The position numbers and the translations under genes were made by a program. Under the pieces are notes generated by a model. It did no database searches and was not told the origin of the DNA. It saw only the letters and a list, made by a program, of their open reading frames with translations. Shown here piece after piece: positions 39,194-48,494 of a DNA stretch of 64,000 nucleotides. The stretch's first letter is position 1. Every line of letters starts with the position of its first letter. This stretch comes from an uncultured bacterium (lineage in GTDB: Bacteria; Desulfobacterota_D; UBA1144; Nemesobacterales; UBA2774): positions 321,008-385,007 of the forward strand of contig CAWGRW010000009.1 of assembly GCA_963825135.1 (NCBI GenBank), read 5' to 3'.

Positions 39194-40273
39194 TCAGGTG
39201 CCAATCCGTGTATCGTCATTGAGCCATGACAAGAAAAGCTCGTAGCTAAGCGCGAAAACGAATGCTCCAGCGAAGAGACCGGGTAAACCGTATGTAATAA
39301 AGCCGCCTATTGCACCTATGAAAATGACAATCATTGGAACGTCGACTCCACGGCCCATTAGGAGCGGTTTAAGTATGTTATCACATAGGCCAACGATAAT
39401 ACACCAGACCGCAAACACAACAGCGACGATTGTATTGTGAGTGTAGAATACATAGATAATGATAGGACATAGGATCACAATAGTAGGAATCTGAACCACA
39501 GCAACAATTAATACGAGAAGAGCCAATAGCCCCGCCGCGGGCAGGCCGACGACGACAAATCCGACCCCTGCCAGTAGCGCCTGGATCAGTGCGACGCCCA
39601 GAATACCCAATGCGACACTTCGCACAGTCGCTGCCGCGAGCTTTACAGTATCTCCCCCACGCTCGTATCTCAGCCGCGTGGCCAATGACAGCGCAGCTTG
39701 AGCGCCGGCATCGGATTTCGCGAGCAGGACACCGGCAATAACCATCGAAACCACGAACTTGAGTATCCCGACCCCTATACCGGCCGCTGAGGACAACAGT
39801 TGAGTACCAAAACTTTTGAAATGTGGGGGGATCTTCATTAGTGCAGTCTCAAGATTGCTTGAGGCAAGGCTCCAGAACTCGTACAAAGGTTTGCCGATGA
39901 CCGGCCAGGAAACGATCTTCTCCGACGGCGGTGGTATACTTAACGTCCCCTGTTTAAGATGTATCAAATATTCCTTAGAAGAGCTGATGAGCAAATCGGA
40001 AAGCAAATAGGCCGGTACAATCAGGAGAATCAAAGGAATGAGCGTTATCAGGATTGCCGCTAGAGTATCACGTCCACCTAATACAGATTTGAGTCGGTCG
40101 TATATCGGTTTGATAGTAACGGCAATGATGACTCCCCAGAAAATAATCGGAAGGAACGGATGAGCGATCTTGTAACACCAGTATATGAGCAGAAGAACGA
40201 GTCCTATACGCATGATTGACTCTAGCGCTTTTGCCGTAAACACCTTGTCATCTGGTCGATTAGATGTGTTCAT
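39194..40273 (-). CDS. AI-2E family transporter (PerM/YhhT, UPF0118)
   Basis: 359 aa, 8 TM, characteristic N-terminal ~25 aa cytoplasmic region then TM pair. Confidence 0.8.
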   Translation of the reverse strand: MNTSNRPDDKVFTAKALESIMRIGLVLLLIYWCYKIAHPFLPIIFWGVIIAVTIKPIYDRLKSVLGGRDTLAAILITLIPLILLIVPAYLLSDLLISSSKEYLIHLKQGTLSIPPPSEKIVSWPVIGKPLYEFWSLASSNLETALMKIPPHFKSFGTQLLSSAAGIGVGILKFVVSMVIAGVLLAKSDAGAQAALSLATRLRYERGGDTVKLAAATVRSVALGILGVALIQALLAGVGFVVVGLPAAGLLALLVLIVAVVQIPTIVILCPIIIYVFYTHNTIVAVVFAVWCIIVGLCDNILKPLLMGRGVDVPMIVIFIGAIGGFITYGLPGLFAGAFVFALSYELFLSWLNDDTRIGT

Positions 40274-40848
40274 ACAGATGAGCCCATTCTAAACAGATGT
40301 TAATATATGTCAAGCTCCCTGAAGGCGGTCCAACTTCTAAGTTAGATTACTTCAGATTTGACCCTAACTCAAAAGCTCTACCGGCAAGTTGCCGAGAAGG
40401 TGCCTATCCCTGAAATGCATCAGATGGGGGGCCATCCGGAGCCCCGCTGAAAACATGAGGCACAGCACTGCGGTGAACGTGCCCGCTTTGATTATTTCCG
40501 GATACAGCTCAGGCGACATCATGACCTTTGTCCGCCCTTCGGAAACTGAACATTAAATTGAACCCTCTATCTGGTAAATAGTCTTGATAATATACTTTTT
40601 TATAGGACCGATGTCCCCATTTATGACAAACGACACTGAACACCCGGACCTGATTCTTCAATGCCCCGCATAAATTTAGAAAAAAATACAGTCAAATAGC
40701 ATGCTATTTGCAACTATAATAAGCTGGTATCATCCATAGTACGCATTCATTATTACTGATAATGACGTAAAATGAGCGAATGTCGTGTTATAATCGGAGA
40801 TAATACGATGAATTTCGACAATTTCATACCAGGCAAGGAGCACAACAT

Positions 40849-41770
40849 ATGAGTAATAAAGACCTGATCAAGAGGGCGCGTAAATTCGCTGCGCCGTTCC
40901 GCATCACGAAAGGCGGCAAGTTCCGCCTGAAACACATAGATCCCGGCGACACGCTGCATCTCCAGTCAGAGGACAAGCCCCGCGCCAGGGAAGTGCTCGC
41001 CATGGGAGTCGAGCTGCTCTCCGAGCTTCAGGATATGCTCTACGCCCAGGACCGCTGGTCTCTGCTGATCATCCTGCAGGCAATGGACGCCGCGGGAAAG
41101 GACGGCACCATAAAGCACATCATGTCCGGGGTGAATCCGCAGGGCTGTCAGGTCCATTCCTTCAAGTCGCCTTCGGAGGAAGAGCTCGACCACGACTACC
41201 TGTGGCGCTGCATGAAGGCTCTGCCGAACAAAGGCGAAATCGGCATATTCAACCGTTCCTATTACGAGGAAACGCTCGTGGTGAGGGTCCATAAGGAATA
41301 TCTCGCCAACGAGAAGCTCCCGCCCGAGCTCGTTACACGCAGCATCTGGAAGGAGCGATTCCAGGATATACGCAGCTTCGAGCGTTACCTTACGCGGAAC
41401 GGGGTGGTAATCCGAAAGTTCTACCTGCACGTTTCAAAGGAGGAGCAGGAGACGCCGTTTCATGGAGCGGATCGACAACCCGGAGAAGAACTGGAAGTTC
41501 TCCTCCAGTGACGTGAAAGAGCGTCAGTACTGGGACGATTACATGGAAGCCTTCGAAGACATGATCCGGAACACCGCCACAAAGGAAGCGCCGTGGTATG
41601 TCGTCCCCGCGGACAACAAATGGTTCACTCGTCTTGTGGTCGCGGCGGCTGTAATCGATGCCCTTGCATCTCTAAACCTGCATTATCCGAAGGTGGACGA
41701 GAAAAAACTAGAAGAACTCGCGGTTGCGAAAAATCTATTAGATGGGAGAAGCGGAAATGGTAACCGATGA
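40849..41770 (+). CDS. ppk2: Polyphosphate kinase 2 (PPK2 family), split by apparent 1-nt frameshift near 41445-41470
   Basis: Walker A MDAAGKDGTI, Walker B/lid; ORF 41462..41770 continues the PPK2 C-terminus (RFMERIDNPEKNWKFS...WYVVPADNKW) after wrong-frame tail of ORF1. Confidence 0.75.
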
Positions 41771-42254
41771 AAATAAAACCGGTCGTTTCGTCGATAGTGA
41801 TGCCGGTCAGATGATGCGGATAGTAAGGGAGCACAAGGTATTCTGGACTACCATGCCGATAGAGCTCGCGGGCGGGGAAGGCAGACCCCTTAAAGTAGGT
41901 ATGGTTTTAGCGCTCGTAGGAACCGATGCAGACAGCGGAGTTTCCGAAGAAGGGAGCGGTGCCTCGACCGTATACGACAAGCTCTACGAGCTCGCCCGGT
42001 GGCTCACCTCCGGGGATGATACGGACGTCAGGTTCGAGATAAGGAGACATGACAACATCGTCTTCTACCTCCCGGACGACCTCAAAACCAAGAGGAAGGA
42101 CTACGTAGTCGTCGTAAGGATTCTCCACGAAGACCAATTCAACCTCCCTCTGGATAAAAGGCAGCTTGAGACCCTGGGCGGATTCGAAAAGAAGCTCAAG
42201 GATATCGGTTCGCCCAAAGACCACTGGAAAAATCACCCCGTCAATCAGATTTAG
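41757..42254 (+). CDS. Hypothetical protein (~165 aa)
   Basis: ORF with reasonable codon usage between ppk2 and ackA; no family recognised. Confidence 0.4.
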   Translation: MVTDENKTGRFVDSDAGQMMRIVREHKVFWTTMPIELAGGEGRPLKVGMVLALVGTDADSGVSEEGSGASTVYDKLYELARWLTSGDDTDVRFEIRRHDNIVFYLPDDLKTKRKDYVVVVRILHEDQFNLPLDKRQLETLGGFEKKLKDIGSPKDHWKNHPVNQI

Positions 42255-42300
42255 CGGCTTCGAACACTGAGATAAGGCTGCTATGAGTTAAACTAAGTTA

Positions 42301-43497
42301 ATGAGAAAACCGGAAGCCATACTCGTCATAAATTCAGGCTCTTCGAGCCTTAAGTTCTCAGCCTTCACCTTGGACGAAGCCCTGAAGCCGTTCCTCCGCG
42401 GTCAGATAGAAGGTTTATTCACAAACCCTCATTTCACCGCGCATGATGGAGACGGAAACCTTATAGGTGAGAAGAGCTGGGCCTCCGGAACGAACCTCGG
42501 ACACGACGGAGCGATAGAATTCTTATTCGACTTCGGCGGGTCGGGCGTCATGGCGGAACACGCTATAGCAAGCGCAGGGCACAGGGTCGTCCACGGCGGG
42601 ACGGTGTTTACGGAGCCCGCGCTCATAGACGATAGCGTAATCGAGGCCCTCGAAAAGCTCGTTCCCTTAGCCCCCCTCCATCAGCCGCACAACATCGCGG
42701 CTATCAGAGCCGTGAGGAAAAAAGTGCCGGGCCTGCCTCAGGTCGCTTGCTTCGACACCTCCTTCCACCGCACTCAACCGCGCTTGGAGCGTATCTACGC
42801 CATACCGAGAACATACACCGAAGAAGGTGTCGTGCGTTACGGGTTCCACGGCCTCTCGTACGAATACATCACATCCGTCCTGCCGGCGTACGACAGGAAG
42901 CTCGCCTCGGGCCGCGCCGTAATCGCCCACCTAGGCAACGGCGCGAGCATGTGCGCCGTGAAGGACGGACGGAGCGTCGCCACTACGATGGGGTTCACGG
43001 CCGTGTGCGGTCTCCCCATGGGAACCCGCTCCGGGACGATAGACCCCGGCATCCTGATTTACATGATGGACCATTACGGGATGGACGCGCGGGCCGTGGA
43101 AGACCTGATCTATAACCGGTCGGGCCTCCTCGGCGTATCGGGCGTATCGAGCGACATGCGCACACTCCTCGCAAGCCCCGACCCCCTAGCGAAGGAGGCT
43201 GTCGATCTGTTCATATACAGGATAGGCCGGGAGCTAGGCTCGCTCGCCGCCGCATCGGGAGGCATAGACGGAATAGTGTTCACAGGAGGGATAGGAGAGA
43301 ACGCCGCATTTATCAGAGAAAAAGTGTGCCTCAACGCGGGATGGCTCGGAATAGAGCTCGATAAAGACGCGAACGACGCCGGGGGGCCGCGGATAAGCAA
43401 AGCGAACAGCAGGGTTTCCGCGTGGGTCATACCGACGAACGAGGAACTCGTAATTGCCGCTCATACGAAGCGTCTCCTCGGATCAGCGAGAGGCTAG
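42301..43497 (+). CDS. ackA: Acetate kinase
   Basis: 398 aa; N-terminal ILVINSGSSSLKFS, conserved His/Arg/Glu catalytic positions, ASKHP-fold. Confidence 0.9.
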   Translation: MRKPEAILVINSGSSSLKFSAFTLDEALKPFLRGQIEGLFTNPHFTAHDGDGNLIGEKSWASGTNLGHDGAIEFLFDFGGSGVMAEHAIASAGHRVVHGGTVFTEPALIDDSVIEALEKLVPLAPLHQPHNIAAIRAVRKKVPGLPQVACFDTSFHRTQPRLERIYAIPRTYTEEGVVRYGFHGLSYEYITSVLPAYDRKLASGRAVIAHLGNGASMCAVKDGRSVATTMGFTAVCGLPMGTRSGTIDPGILIYMMDHYGMDARAVEDLIYNRSGLLGVSGVSSDMRTLLASPDPLAKEAVDLFIYRIGRELGSLAAASGGIDGIVFTGGIGENAAFIREKVCLNAGWLGIELDKDANDAGGPRISKANSRVSAWVIPTNEELVIAAHTKRLLGSARG

Positions 43498-43641
43498 TAG
43501 TCGAAAAAGAAGATTAAATCGAGCGGATAAATGACGGACGGCGATTTTCATTTCCCTGCCAGCATCTTCCCGAGCCGGCGACTATCCCGTTGTGCCCCGC
43601 CCCGATGATAACGGCGTCATAGGCCATTTCAAGTCCGTCCG

Positions 43642-43914
43642 TCAGTACTCGACGTATACTTCATCGGCATAACACCACGCCCATCTTTCACCGCGCTCGG
43701 CCGAAATGACAATCGGATGGCCCGTCTCCCGGTAGTGCTTCGAGGCGTGCTTATTCTTCGATGAATCGCAGCAATGAACACCTCCGCAAGTCTGGCAGGC
43801 CCTCAGATGGAACCACGTATCCCCCATCTCGACGCATTTCTCGCATACGTGTGTTTTGGGAGGGACGGGCTGCCACCCGCTGAAGTGCTCACAAAGAGCA
43901 TTATCCGACGACAT
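43642..43914 (-). CDS. UBP-type zinc-finger domain protein
   Basis: 90 aa; Cys/His spacing C..C..H.RAC..CG..HCCD..KNKHA..H...GHP. Confidence 0.6.
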   Translation of the reverse strand: MSSDNALCEHFSGWQPVPPKTHVCEKCVEMGDTWFHLRACQTCGGVHCCDSSKNKHASKHYRETGHPIVISAERGERWAWCYADEVYVEY

Positions 43915-43941
43915 ATGATTCTCCGGTCAATACGAGATGGA

Positions 43942-45603
43942 TCATGATCTGTTCATGTACTCGTGTATGAATTTTATAGCCATGGACCCTTCACCGACCG
44001 CAGAAGCGACGCGGTTCATAGCGCCCGACCTTACGTCTCCGGCCGCGAATATACCGGGGATGCTCGACTCCAAGAGATAAGGAGTGCGCTCAAGCTTCCA
44101 GATCGACTTAAAATTCTCGTAACTAAGAAGGTCCCTGCCTGTCTCTATATACCCTTTTTCATTCTTTATAAGGTCGAGCTTTATCCAGTCCGTGAAAGGG
44201 CGCATACCTATGAATATGAACAATGACTGAGTCTCTACCGTTCTTCTCTCGCCGGTATCCAGATCCTCGATCACCATGCCTTCAAGTCGTCCGTCCCCCA
44301 TTACTTCCGCTACCCGTGTTTTGCCCAGTACAAAAATATTTTCTGTACGCGATATCTGCTCTACTAGATATTGGGACATCGAAGAGCCGAGAGAGTCGCC
44401 TCTAATGATAATGGACACCCTCTTTGCGAATTTCGATAAGTACATTGCAGACTGACCCGCCGAATTCCCGCCGCCTGCTATATATACGTCTCTACCCTTG
44501 CAGGCATGGGCTTCCGTCCTGGAGGACCCGTAATAAATGCCTGACCCGGTAAAGTCATTTACGCGCTCGGCATCCAATCGTCTGTAATCGACGCCGGACG
44601 CGATTATCAGACTGAGCGCGTTTACGTCCTTTCCGTCCGAGAGCTTAAGGATCTTATACATGTCTTTAAGCTGTATATCGACGACTTCCTGGGGCGTAAG
44701 AAATTCGGCTCCCAGTCTTGTAGCCTGCGTAATAGCACGCCGCGTGAGCTCGGCTCCGCTGAGGCCGCTCGGAAACCCGAGATAATTTTCTATCATCGAG
44801 CTCGTACCCGCCTGTCCGCCCGGGGCTCTCTTCTCGACGAGGAGCGTCTTCAGGCCCTCGGACGCCCCGTACACCGCCGCCGCGAGCCCCGCGGGCCCTG
44901 CTCCGATTATTACGACGTCGTAGATTTCCTGGGAAGCCTCCGATTTCAGACCCAACTTTCGCGCGAGGGACGTGAAATCGGGATTCGTCAGATACGAGCC
45001 GTCTTCGAAAAAAGCCGCGGGTAAGTCTTTATTTTCGATCCCTGAAACACCGATCAGCTCCCTGGCTTTATCGTGCAGCTCTACGTCAAGCCAGAGATAC
45101 GGGATCAGGTTGCCCGCCAGATACTCCTTTATCGCGTGCGACTGGGGCGACCATTGATAACCGACTAATCTTATCCCGTCAAAGTCAGGCTTGTAAGACG
45201 CATGCCATTCATCCAGGAGGTCGTCCAAAACCGGGTAGAGCTTCTCCTGAGGGGGGTCCCAGGGCTTCATCAGATAGTAGTCGAGCTGAACTTCGTTTAT
45301 CGCCTTTATCGCGGAGTCGGTGTCGGAATAGGCCGTAAGCAGCACCCTTTTCGCCTCCGGGTAAATGTCTTTCGCCCGGACCAGGAAATCTACCCCCGAG
45401 ATTCCGGGCATCCTCTGGTCGGAGACGAAAAGCGCGACCACCTCGTTTTTAAGCTTGAGCTTAGTCAGGCTTTCGAGGCTCTCTTCACCGGATTGAGCGG
45501 TTATGACCCTATACTCTTTTCCATAATACTTTCTAAGGTCCCTCTCGATAGCCCTGATAACGGCGTTGTCGTCATCGATTGCGAATATCATGGGTTTCTT
45601 CAT
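43942..45603 (-). CDS. Response-regulator receiver domain fused to thioredoxin-like domain and thioredoxin-reductase-like FAD/NAD(P) oxidoreductase
   Basis: REC (IFAIDDD...VSDQRMPGISG...K), Trx-like (GIRLVGYQWSPQSH), TrxR-like (YDVVIIGAGPAGLAAA, GGGNSAG, GIFAAGDV); start ATG 45603 with GAGGAAG RBS. Confidence 0.8.
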   Translation of the reverse strand: MKKPMIFAIDDDNAVIRAIERDLRKYYGKEYRVITAQSGEESLESLTKLKLKNEVVALFVSDQRMPGISGVDFLVRAKDIYPEAKRVLLTAYSDTDSAIKAINEVQLDYYLMKPWDPPQEKLYPVLDDLLDEWHASYKPDFDGIRLVGYQWSPQSHAIKEYLAGNLIPYLWLDVELHDKARELIGVSGIENKDLPAAFFEDGSYLTNPDFTSLARKLGLKSEASQEIYDVVIIGAGPAGLAAAVYGASEGLKTLLVEKRAPGGQAGTSSMIENYLGFPSGLSGAELTRRAITQATRLGAEFLTPQEVVDIQLKDMYKILKLSDGKDVNALSLIIASGVDYRRLDAERVNDFTGSGIYYGSSRTEAHACKGRDVYIAGGGNSAGQSAMYLSKFAKRVSIIIRGDSLGSSMSQYLVEQISRTENIFVLGKTRVAEVMGDGRLEGMVIEDLDTGERRTVETQSLFIFIGMRPFTDWIKLDLIKNEKGYIETGRDLLSYENFKSIWKLERTPYLLESSIPGIFAAGDVRSGAMNRVASAVGEGSMAIKFIHEYMNRS

Positions 45604-45641
45604 TTTCCGTGCTTCCTCATAGCCGTCTTTCGGGCGCGGGC

Positions 45642-47042
45642 TTATAAATCCACGGGCAGGCAAATGGAAAATTTCGTAAAACCCGGCCTGGATTCAAAGC
45701 CAATAGTCCCCTTATGCTGATTTACGATAATACGATATGTTATCTCGAGCCCCAGCCCCGAACCCTCGCCGGGCGCCTTGGTAGTAAAAAAAGGATCAAA
45801 TATTTTATCCTGTATTTCCTGCGGGATCCCGTTGCCGTTATCGATAATTTCCACGTTCACCGTATCGGACCCGTTGCCGTTCATTCCCGTCCTTATCGTG
45901 ATCATCCCCTTCTCGGGAACTGCGTCGATCGCGTTGTCGATCATATTAGTCCATACCTGATTGAGCTCGCCGCCGTATGCGGATATCGCGGGAATTTTGT
46001 AGTCGAATTCTTTTTTCAGGGTTACGTTCTTTTTTTTAAGTTTGTGGTTCAGGATGATTATAGTATTTTCTATGCCTTCATGCAGATCGATCTTTCTTTT
46101 CTCATGCGCTTTGTCCATATAAGCGTAAGATTTCATTGCCGATACGAGCTCCGAAATCCTGGACGTGCTTTCGACGAGCTCCCTCACGAGCTTCCTCATT
46201 TCAACGTCCCTCGGGAGCCAATTCAAAAAATTCGTGACCTGGTCCGGTTTTAATTTCTCTGAAAAATCACTGAGTATTTTCTTGGTAAATCCGACGGAGA
46301 CAAGTGCCGATGCAAGCTCCCACGGCTCTCCGACGCCCTGCTCTTCCATCCAGCCTGTCAATTCATCTTCAAGCTCGTTTCGCTCTACCGCGTCGAGCTC
46401 CACACCGTCCACGTCTATGACATCTTCAATCGGCTGAAACGGATAACCGCTCTTATCGACTTCGTCTTTGAACATGTAGTATTTCAGTATCTCGGAGGAG
46501 AAGATGTCGAATTCGTATACAGTATTCGCCAGATTCTCCGCCGTCCTCTTTGAGGCCGATGCCGGGTTATTCAATTCATGGGCGAGGCCGGCCGCCATCG
46601 TTCCGAGCGAGGCCAGCTTTTCCCTTTGAAACGAGAGGTGCGTTAATTCAAACATCCTGCTCGACATATTGGACAATATTTTTCCTCTCACCGTCGAGCA
46701 GTTACCCAGCATGTACCAGAAATCATTCTCGTCCACGCTGAATATTCTCATATCCGTAACAGCTATCCCGTTTGCCATATGCGTCATTCCCGAGAGCAGA
46801 GGCACCTCGCCGCCGGACATCCCTTTTGTGAACCGGCCGATCTGGAGCTTTTCTCCCTTGATTATCCTGTAAATTTCGAGTGTGCCCTCGAGAAAGATAT
46901 AAAAACGCCTGGCGTGATCCCCCTCGCAAAAAAGATGTTCGCCTTTTTTCAATTCCACAATTACGCCCTTTACGTCCTCGTCCAACTCTTCGTCGGTAAT
47001 TTCCGAGAACAGGTCCATATCCTTCAATTCTCTTATAAACAT
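45642..47042 (-). CDS. Sensor histidine kinase with N-terminal cyclic-nucleotide-binding (cNMP/CAP-like) domain
   Basis: 466 aa; cNMP-binding fold (FCEGDHARRFYIFLEGTLEIYR), H-box LAHELNNPAS, HATPase N/G boxes (DNGNGIP, GSGLGLEI); 3-prime end overlaps REC-TrxR gene start. Confidence 0.8.
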   Translation of the reverse strand: MFIRELKDMDLFSEITDEELDEDVKGVIVELKKGEHLFCEGDHARRFYIFLEGTLEIYRIIKGEKLQIGRFTKGMSGGEVPLLSGMTHMANGIAVTDMRIFSVDENDFWYMLGNCSTVRGKILSNMSSRMFELTHLSFQREKLASLGTMAAGLAHELNNPASASKRTAENLANTVYEFDIFSSEILKYYMFKDEVDKSGYPFQPIEDVIDVDGVELDAVERNELEDELTGWMEEQGVGEPWELASALVSVGFTKKILSDFSEKLKPDQVTNFLNWLPRDVEMRKLVRELVESTSRISELVSAMKSYAYMDKAHEKRKIDLHEGIENTIIILNHKLKKKNVTLKKEFDYKIPAISAYGGELNQVWTNMIDNAIDAVPEKGMITIRTGMNGNGSDTVNVEIIDNGNGIPQEIQDKIFDPFFTTKAPGEGSGLGLEITYRIIVNQHKGTIGFESRPGFTKFSICLPVDL

Positions 47043-47249
47043 TGTATGGCACCCACTATAGAGTTAGATAATCCGGATGTCACAATCGCGCGCTCCCGAC
47101 AGGTGAACACTTAAAAGGTATTCTGATATAATATGTCAAGAAAATATAAAAAATCCAAGTCTTTATGTTTTTTTACGAATAAAACTATTGATGGACGGTA
47201 CAAAGTCTGTTATAGATATAAGCGTTTACGTTAACCCTGAAACATTCAC

Positions 47250-47323
47250 GTCCCCGTAGCTCAGAAGGATAGAGCGCAGGATTCCTAATCCTGAGGCCGG
47301 AGGTTCGAATCCTCTCGGGGACG
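47250..47323 (+). tRNA. tRNA-Arg (anticodon CCT)
   Basis: 74-nt cloverleaf: acceptor GTCCCCG/CGGGGAC, D-arm GCTC..GAGC, anticodon arm CAGGA-TTCCTAA-TCCTG, T-arm GGAGG-TTCGAAT-CCTCT; CCA not encoded. Confidence 0.9.
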
Positions 47324-48233
47324 CAACCATACAGATCTTCAATCGGTTCTTGCGCCGGAAGCTGGACGCATATCAGTCGGAGAATAGACATTGTTGCAAT
47401 TAACCTATGGCGTCCGATTCCTCCTATTCGTCGAAATCGTTCTCTCGGGGACGCAAAACTTTCCCTAAGCATAGTGGCTCTATTGCATTCTTCCAAAGGC
47501 GTCCGGTTCTTGCGCATCGCTCAGAAACCGTTCTCTCGGGGACGCAATAACTCAGTCCGGAGAATCAGTAACATTGTTGCAATTAACCTATGGCGTCCGA
47601 TTCCTCCTATTCGTCGAAATCGTTCTCTCGGGGACGCATAACTCAGTCCGGAGAAAGAAGTGAATAACATGGCGTCCGATTTCCTATCTCTGTACCATTC
47701 AGTCCGGTTAACATGGCAAAGTCGACTAGTCGAAACGTCCGGGACGCATAACTCAGTCCGGAGAATAGAACATTGTTGCAATTAACCTATGGCGTCCGAT
47801 TCCTCCATTCGTCGAAATCGTTCTCGGGGACGCATAACTCAGTCGGAATAGAACAGCTGGATCTATTCGTCGAAATCGGGGACGCATAACAGTCCGGAGA
47901 ATAGTAACATTGTTGCAATTAACCTATGGCGTCCGATTCCTCCTATTCGTCGAAATCGTTCTCTCGGGGACGCATAACTCAGTCCGAAGAATAGTAACAT
48001 TGTTGCAATCAACCTAAGGCGTCCAATTGCTCACTTGTTCGCAATTGTTTCTCGGGGACGCAGCAATTTACCAAAGTACAGTGACCATGTTGCATTCTTT
48101 CAAAGGCGTCCAATTTAGTTTGGTTTCAGTAGATCATCCCGAGAACATTGGCATTGTTGCAATTAGCATAGGGCGACCGGTTTCTCACTTGCTCGAAACC
48201 GTTACTTGTTCGCAATTGTTTCTCGGGGACGCA
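47324..48233 (+). repeat. ~910-nt tandem array of ~10 units (52-171 nt, modal 85-92) directly abutting tRNA-Arg; every unit ends in (C)TCGGGGACGCA (copy of the tRNA 3-prime end) and contains a tRNA-3-prime-half-like remnant with a 7-bp hairpin
   Basis: GGGGACGCA at 47317, 47447, 47538, 47630, (47741), 47826, 47878, 47966, 48054, 48225; unit consensus TAACTCAGTCCGGAGAATAGTAACATTGTTGCAATTAACCTATGGCGTCCGATTCCTCCTATTCGTCGAAATCGTTCTCTCGGGGACGCA. Confidence 0.85.
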
Positions 48234-48494
48234 CACACAATGTATGCTCATAGAGGTTTCCTATGAAACTCTTCCTATTTCCCAGGTAGCCTAGGAGCGG
48301 CTTCCAGCCGCAACCTTTTTTCGAAGTGCTGAGTCAGGGTTGCCAATTGACAATGTCCTCCAATTGTTCATTATCCCGGAATCGTTAATGCACATTATAT
48401 AAGATGGGGGACGCGGCCGGCAGGATGCACCGATATTTTCAATTTCTTAAAAAATTAGTCTGTCATAATCAAAAAATATCATTATAATTCGGGG

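Noticed and set aside
47185-47781. ORFs 47185..47517 and 47521..47781 (minus strand) sharing peptide SPRERFRRIGGIGRHRLIATM
   Set aside because: They run through the tRNA-Arg gene and the repeat array; the shared peptide is a consequence of the DNA repeats, not a protein family.
47324-48233. CRISPR array interpretation of the repeat array
   Set aside because: Segments between the conserved GGGGACGCA-terminated parts are themselves near-identical from unit to unit (not unique spacers), repeat length (~45 nt structured part) and unit period (~88 nt) are atypical, and no cas genes are nearby.
47324-48233. Integron attC cassette array, type III toxin-antitoxin ToxI-like array, or REP/BIME cluster
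   Set aside because: No intI, no cassette ORFs, no toxN/abiQ-like gene downstream (next gene is an S53 peptidase with its own promoter region), units too long for ToxI (34-47 nt), and REP families keep stem sequence constant whereas here stems vary with a conserved loop.
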